A stretch of 43,942 nt of DNA from Paraspadella gotoi. Taxonomy: Eukaryota; Animalia; Chaetognatha. Positions within the stretch are counted from its first letter, which is position 1. Each line of letters starts with the position of its first letter. Made by a program: the position numbers and the translations under genes. Below, one piece after another: positions 37,201 to 43,942 of the stretch. The stretch is taken from the NCBI GenBank assembly GCA_051294375.1, contig JBJCIZ010000451.1, positions 1 to 43,942 of the forward strand, given 5' to 3'. Under the pieces are notes generated by a model. The model ran no database searches and had not been told where the DNA came from. It saw only the letters and a program-made list of their open reading frames with translations.

Positions 37201-40200
37201 TGCCGTTTAGAAACTCTATACAAGTTATCTCTGACGGTCCGCGCAAATCTTCAGCAACACTGTTATCCGTCAGCTGCTTGCCCTACAATACCGTTAAATC
37301 CACTCAACAACGAGCGGGTCTTGTAGTCCCTGAATAAGCGAACGTCAATGATGTTGTTAGTTAACTTAAACGAAAGATCGTCCTCACCATCCAGCCGTCA
37401 TGAGCAGAAGTGAGACTGACGAACTCAGTGGAAACGCTCCTGGACACAACGCTTCATCGAAACGACGTTGCCGAAGTTATAGAGGCTAAGTCTCGGCTGT
37501 ACACTTTTTCTGGTTCACCTGGATCGCTCAGACGGCTAAGTTATAGAGGATGAGCAGCAAAAACCAACCCGCAGCTTGGTTTGGCCGTTTAAATATGTCG
37601 ATAAGACGATAAAGAGCGTAACTGGGACATAACAAAAAATCACGCCCGAGCGTAACGATCTGAGTAAAACCAGAATTCTTCTGTAGAGAATTAATAAATA
37701 GTTTATTCGAAAAGACGGTCCGGCGTTCTTCGGAACAAGGAAGGTGCCTGTCCTTCCTAGGCGGCTGGTCCCATCGAGGAGGTAATCACCCGAGCCTCTG
37801 TTTTTCCGTGCCGCACTGACGCGCTTTGCCAGAACTCCGCGAGAGAATTTTATTTGAGAATTCCCTCTTTTTTTTTTGCGTCATATCCCTAAGTATGTTT
37901 TCATTCCACTCATATTACAGCCCCGTTGACTTTCGCCGGTAGAAGAGCTGATCTGATTTATATTCCACCAGCGGGTTAGTCAGCCGTGTTGGCACAGTCC
38001 GCCTCAGATTCTCTCTGTCGGCGGGTCTCGCCCTTCATGTATGCAATAACGAGCGTGGTTTGACATTAAAAATTCCTCCAATAGAGAACGAGAAGGGATT
38101 GTTAATGGCTCGCGTTACCATCCGAAGCGCGTCAGTAGACAGGGCGCGAGCAGGCATTTGTTCGCTTCGCAAACTGACTAAATCTGGTAAATCATGATGC
38201 CGACCATTTCGCCTACACTATGACAGCGGCCGTCCATTACGAATCAGAACGAGGGATCTCTTTAATAACAAACATAATTGGGCGTGTTGACGCGTATTTG
38301 ATAGAGAGAGGGCGATGTTGTCAAGTTCATCCGATTCTGTGCGGCAAGCACATTCTACTTCGGTAGCCTAGATTAGTTGGTGGAGAAAAAGCGGAGGTAT
38401 AAGACTAGGTCGAACATATCGTCGAAGAATTCCTCACAGCTAGGGTAAAAACAGGCAGAGGAAGTAGAAGGAAGAACGACGAATTTTCTTTCGTTTATAG
38501 CCAGTTAATTGGGGCCGGTATTTCGACGGCCGCCGGACAGAGAAATGATAGCGTACAAGGTGTCGGTCATCACGGTTTTGAATCTACCCGAACCTGCTCC
38601 GACCGTCCCGCTGGGAGGAATATGAACGGGCAGGGCCGAGGCTTTGAGAGTTGAACGACGAGAGTTGAATTTCAGTAGTGTGTATCAAAGCTAGAGATCG
38701 GGTAAATGGAAGATACTTGATAAGAGGGAGGCCTAAGGGTCGCGAACGTTCTTTGTTGGCTTGGTGTAACTTGTGGATTGGGTATTAACGTTTTGGACGG
38801 TATCAAGACTCGCCCCTCTGTTGTGAGGCGGACGATACTGTTGACTTATCAATTGTGTGGTGAAGCCGTTCCACAAATTGGTGGTCGACTTGGTAGGTTT
38901 CTTGTACACGGGTCTAATAGTGGTTCGCTGCGGAGTTCCAACAGGCTTCGTATCGTGAACTTTTTGGTCGCCCACCAAATCGGAGATATCAATGATTTCG
39001 CTCTTATATGTTAATAACCTCTCATCACGTCTCAGTGCGAGTGTAATTCGAAAACGGGGGCTGGGGCTCCAGTAAGCACTTATTTTGCTGGTTCAGCGCG
39101 TATAGTCGTCGTCGAGACTGTTATGATTGCGAAACGAGCTTTTTCCTCGTATCTGGGGCCGTATTCGTGAGACAGCAATTTGTGCCGTCTATTTTTTTTT
39201 TCTACGACTTGAGGAGAACCCGTCCTTGAGCGGAAGAAGTCTCGGCGGTATGGGATCCATCGGGCTGACTTGAATTGTTTCCAGTGACTCGCCTTGACGA
39301 TGCTGCGCTGATCAATTTTGCCACCGAATTAGTATCGCGGCAAGCTTACTCACGACGGGACCGCGGAATCTAGGTTCTTAATGATGGTTTGGGGTCTGCT
39401 AGCATTCCATTGGCGGACACTCGCGATCGTATGGGAGGACGATGGAGCCTCTGACGAGACACATCAGTAGGTAATATATGCTACTTATTCAGTACATGGT
39501 TAGATGGGTCATCTATTAATAGGACGCGTACTCTCAGCTGATGACTCTACTTATCAAAAGTCGTAGCTGTAGCATACCGTGTTAAAATAACTGAAGCAAC
39601 TGTTAAACGCGAAAATGAAAATATGCTGCTGTGCGGTTGCGAATATCGCTCCATGATCTTGCTTTGTTAGAGGTCCTATGTGGGAAGAGTATCTGTTAAG
39701 CTTTCTTCTTCCGTGGCCGTGTTGTACAGTGAATGTTGTCCATTTCAAGATCTTAGCTAAAAAGATTAATCTATCGGACGGCTGGCAGGGAAGTTTGCTC
39801 GGAAGAAGATCCCCGAATTAGCAGATTATAGTTCAAAAAATAAACGTAAACGAGGATGACGACTACAAAAGACCTAAAAACAAAGGCTACCGCAACACCT
39901 ACCTAATATTTATTCGAGGAGAAAACTAACAACGCGTACACTAAAGAATCACAAATCACGAAAGATTTTCCTCGACCCTCGATTACGAAAGGCTTGGGTG
40001 GCGATAAACCCGAGCAACTCCCGGAGCCCACTGGCTCGGGCACTCATTACTTTGATCTTGAAAAAACACTCCCAAGTAGCCGAGCCTATGTTAGATCATT
40101 TGAAGCAAAACTATTTAACCCGAAACAGCCAAGTCCTGCCAAGTTAGCTGTATGGAAGGAGAGGAAATTGATGTAGGTAGACTCAAGCGCTAACTATCCA

Positions 40201-41982
40201 TACGCTATCCATCCCAGAGAGACGTTACTAAAATAACAAAAACTATAAAAACTACCATGAGACGAAAGAGTAAACGAGAAAATGTATGATGCTGGCGTCT
40301 GATGGCTGACTCACTTTGTGTATTATTCTCGTGGAAGAGGAGGTGGATGGGTCGGCATGACGAGGGACACTCCCGCCCGAGAAGAGGAATTCTCTCCACA
40401 GACGAAAAACAGCTGCCGATACCGATGGGTTCTGGTGATGGTGGCTCATGGCAAGGCTGAAAGTTTGGGAGGAAATTCAGTCACTCTTATCTCTCTCCTC
40501 GCCCGTTCCTGGCCATCTCTCTCCCCATGACAAAACATAGGCAGGAGTACATGTCTCCGCGGAGGTCCCGGAGGAGCATTCCTTCCTCTCTCGAGAACCC
40601 TCCTCCCCTGTGCTGGCCCTCCAGCTGCAGAAGTCAGACGCGGATGAGGTTGGTATTGAACCACTCGGTTGAAGAAGGCCGATCATTAGTCGCTGAGGCC
40701 GGCCAGTTCGTTTCGTCACCCCCATTCATTATATTGGAAAATCATCTTTCGGCTCACGGTATCTGCCTGCGAATTCAAACGGCCTGGCTCTCTGCCCGGG
40801 CACAGCAATGCCGCCTCCTGCGCACCTCTTTCGACCACGGGCGCGTCACACTCATCCCACTCTGCAAGCGCTGTGCGCGCCTCGATCCTTGCAATCCTCT
40901 TGTGGTAAGATATGTGCGCATAAGCAACAGCGGATTTTGTGTGCTGGTGTGACATGCGCGCCGCATTGCGAGAATTGGCCGGGTGGCGTCCTGATCGGTC
41001 CAATGCTCACCCATCTACATCAGAGATCTGTCATTAACGGCTGTCGGGATTCAGGTCGTCGCATGACGCGCATACAGTATCTGGTGCCGACCCGTTCGCT
41101 CGCCGTCCTGCCCACCGTGCCGTTACTCACCATCGTCCGCCTTACCTGCCGCTCGGAGCGTCATGCGGCGTCCATCCGCCGTCGCGACAGAGAACTTCGC
41201 CAGGTGAGGCTTCGAAACCGTTGTTGCAAGGGTAAAGCGCGCATATCTGAGTAAGCCGCTTTCAGCCCCAACTGGATAAAGGGGGACGCAGGTCTCGCGT
41301 CCGGGGTGTGGCACGTGCGGGCGTTTTGGGAAAATCTCCTTATTCCCTAAGTTATCAGGGCGAGGGATTTTGCAGCGATAAGGTGGCGCTGCGCGGATGG
41401 TTACTCTCACATCATCATCCTGATGGAACCGATTCATTCTCCCAACATGTCCTGGAGAAGCGTTTCTGGAATCTCTGATGCGGTCTGGCGTTGTCGGCTA
41501 TGGTTGGAAGGGGCCTATTCACAACTTTTCTGCGACAACCACTTCACATCTTATCTTGTGCCTGGCGAGCAGGCGCTCTCACCTTGCATGTTGAATTTCC
41601 TCTCAGATTCCAGATTTCCCTTTTCCGGTGCCATTTCCGTCACTATCGTGAGGGGAGAGGCATCCAATGTTATTCAGTTTCCATGGGCCCGTACCGCTTC
41701 GGGACACCATTCCATTCCATCGGGTTCTAAAGCATGTCCATCGCTATACGGGACAGTGGTTCCCGTTCCATTCGGATCGCTCAGCCGCCAATGGGCTACT
41801 GTGAGCAGTTGCCTTCTTGTCAGGGGTCGGAAGCCCCCCTGCATGGGCCTCTGGCGTCCGGTACGTCGAAGTGCACTATCTCACTCCATCCAAGATCCTC
41901 CGTCCTCACGACCATACTCGTTGCTGGGTCCTTTGTTTCCAAGGCGAGTCCTCTCGCATTCCCGGCTTCAAGCGATGCATCC
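28240..41982. other. Uninterpretable sequence, probably the progressively degrading tail of a single long read
   Basis: It continues directly from an already insertion-rich copy and ends at a 25-N gap. It contains a stretched remnant of the HINE-like element. GC content drifts upward, and I see no long or convincing ORF. Confidence 0.6.
30400..30900 (+). mobile_element. Very degraded HINE-like copy
   Basis: Family anchors in order: aattttatttccaatccatc, gctaaaggtaagggacggagacacgggacggacagac, gccgaccaagattgagg..gcggaccgatggaccgacaaagtga. Confidence 0.5.
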
Positions 41983-42007
41983 NNNNNNNNNNNNNNNNNN
42001 NNNNNNN

Positions 42008-43942
42008 TATGATATCATTTTTATCACTGGGTCCCCTTAAGTAAATATTAAATTAATTTTAGATTTTTGGGATATAATAAATGTCCAGTAGATTGCTATA
42101 ACTTATAGCAAGATATATAGTATAAAATAGAAGGGGAAAAAAATGAAAATGTTTATCAAATGAAAAATCTTAAGCGTTTTTTTTGTGTCACTAGCGAATG
42201 GACACATGGAAATTGCAACAAAAATGTAAATATACTTATTCCAAAAAAAGTGCAATTCAAAAACTTAATTTAATAAATAATTCAAGATAATAGTAGCAAG
42301 CTCACTAAATTTGTTTTTAAATATTTATAAAATGTTAATACTATGGTGGACTAAAATCCACCAACCGTTCATCAAATAGTTTATAAGAAATGTTACATAC
42401 AAAAAAAAACTAAGAATATATAATGACGAGAATACTATATATAACTTTGCTAACTATATTGAACTATCGCCCTAAAGAAGCTAAAAAAAGTTACATGGAT
42501 TCAGCAAACAACGCAAATTGTCAGCGTTCTACAACGAAATATGAATTTTTTTAAAAGTTTGAACAATGGGTTGAAAAGCGTGCGACCGGGCGATCCCGGA
42601 GTTTGAATTCGCTCTGGAGGCTTATGAGAAAAACGAGAGAAAGCAAGATGGAAAAATAAAGTTTGTTTCTTTACGGAAAAAAAAAAAATTTAAGGACGCG
42701 TCAACAGACAATGATATTGAAAAGACATTTTTAGCTTTACGGCACGCTGAAGGATTCTTTTAATTCTTGTAAAAGAATGTTAATGTATTATATATTTGTT
42801 TGTTTGTGACCTGGGTGATAAATAGTGTGTATAAAATAGGTGTGTTAGTGATAACCACGATTATTAAAATTTGGATATGATTGTTCTGGTTTTGATCCGG
42901 TCATCAACCAGTTTGTAATAGGGTGTTATATGTGGTACTTAGGTAAATCCACCATTCATTCAGAGGGCCATGTCGGGTGCCGGGATGGGCCAATCAGTTC
43001 GGCCTTCCGAACTGGCAAAGGGTCCGGGGTTCTGAGCCCTGGGGTGGCGGGTCTGCGCAGTGAAGCTCAGGGACAGCTTATATTGAACGGTNNNNNNNNN
43101 NNNNNNNNNNNNNNNNNNNNNNNNNNNNNNNNNNNNNNNNNNNNNNNNNNNNNNNNNNNNNNNNNNNNNNNNNNNNNNNNNNNNNNNNNNNNNNNNNNNN
43201 NNNNNNNNNNNNNNNNNNNNNNNNNNNNNNNNNNNNNNNNNNNNNNNNNNNNNNNNNNNNNNNNNNNNNNNNNNNNNNNNNNNNNNNNNNNNNNNNNNNN
43301 NNAAGATTAGGGATAGTTAGGGTTTAGGGTTAGGGTAATTAGATTTAATTTTTAAAATTTTTTTAAAAAATAAATATTTTCAAGTAATTTTTCAAAATCC
43401 GCCCAAACCGCGGGTGGCGAAAGTAAAATTTAGCCGCATTTATAACGAATATGAATTTTTTTAAAACATTAAACAATTGTAAAAGCGCGATTAGGAATAG
43501 GAAATATTCGAGTTGTCAAAGAAAAATATGGACGTGTTAGGACCCGCCGGTCCGTCCTCCTAAAACGCCCCAAACGATAAATCCTTGTGACGAAGTAAAG
43601 TTCGAACTCNNNNNNNNNNNNNNNNNNNNNNNNNNNNNNNNNNNNNNNNNNNNNNNNNNNNNNNNNNNNNNNNNNNNNNNNNNNNNNNNNNNNNNNNNNN
43701 NNNNNNNNNNNNNNNNNNNNNNNNNNNNNNNNNNNNNNNNNNNNNNNNNNNNNNNNNNNNNNNNNNNNNNNNNNNNNNNNNNNNNNNNNNNNNNNNNNNN
43801 NNNNNNNNNNNNNNNNNNNNNNNNNNNNNNNNNNNNNNNGGCTCGCGACCAGAACGCTCGTAACAAAGAAAGATCTACATCGCATTTTAGAGATATAATA
43901 TTATATATAAGATAATATAATTTATAATATAATTTATAATAT
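42008..43942 (+). repeat. Cleaner copy of 26580-28230, with N gaps
   Basis: Same anchors as 26580-28230. Includes an extra segment at ~42480-43071. Confidence 0.9.
43307..43335 (+). repeat. Short interstitial TTAGGG-like tract
   Basis: ttagggatagttagggtttagggttaggg (four TTAGGG units) next to an N gap. A degenerate copy lies at ~27462-27525. Confidence 0.7.

Noticed and set aside
37000-42044. Cluster of 60-205 aa ORFs in GC-richer sequence, a possible bacterial or viral insert
   Set aside because: The ORFs overlap on both strands without a dominant frame, recognisable motifs or operon-like layout. This fits noisy sequence. A frameshift-aware search would be needed to exclude a contaminant.

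Overview
AT-rich eukaryotic (probably animal) draft-assembly window, with no sign of prokaryotic operons, CRISPR arrays or rRNA. Much of it looks like uncorrected long-read gap-fill. 1038-8990 recurs as an indel-rich direct copy at 16871-23724, and 1-960 recurs inverted at about 13370-14400. 42008-43942 recurs as an insertion-rich copy at 26580-28230, and a ~0.8-0.9 kb block is triplicated at 3198-5760. Long stretches (8991-13370, 15300-16870, 28240-41982) look like low-quality base calls. Almost none of the listed ORFs appear to be real genes. Comparing the redundant copies by eye instead shows two convergent protein-coding genes of unknown function (+ strand ~1270-5900, possibly to ~8830; - strand ending at 23665). 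They are split by candidate GT-AG introns of only 20-29 nt, which the ORF track cannot see. Also present: a TA-flanked MITE that appears to sit inside a 5' splice site, Helentron/HINE-like GGAC-repeat elements with terminal hairpins, a second dispersed hairpin motif and a tRNA-derived SINE-like head. I found no convincing new multi-gene system. The micro-intron gene architecture and the MITE at a splice donor are the most interesting signals. All peptide reconstructions are manual, need occasional indel corrections and are unverified.
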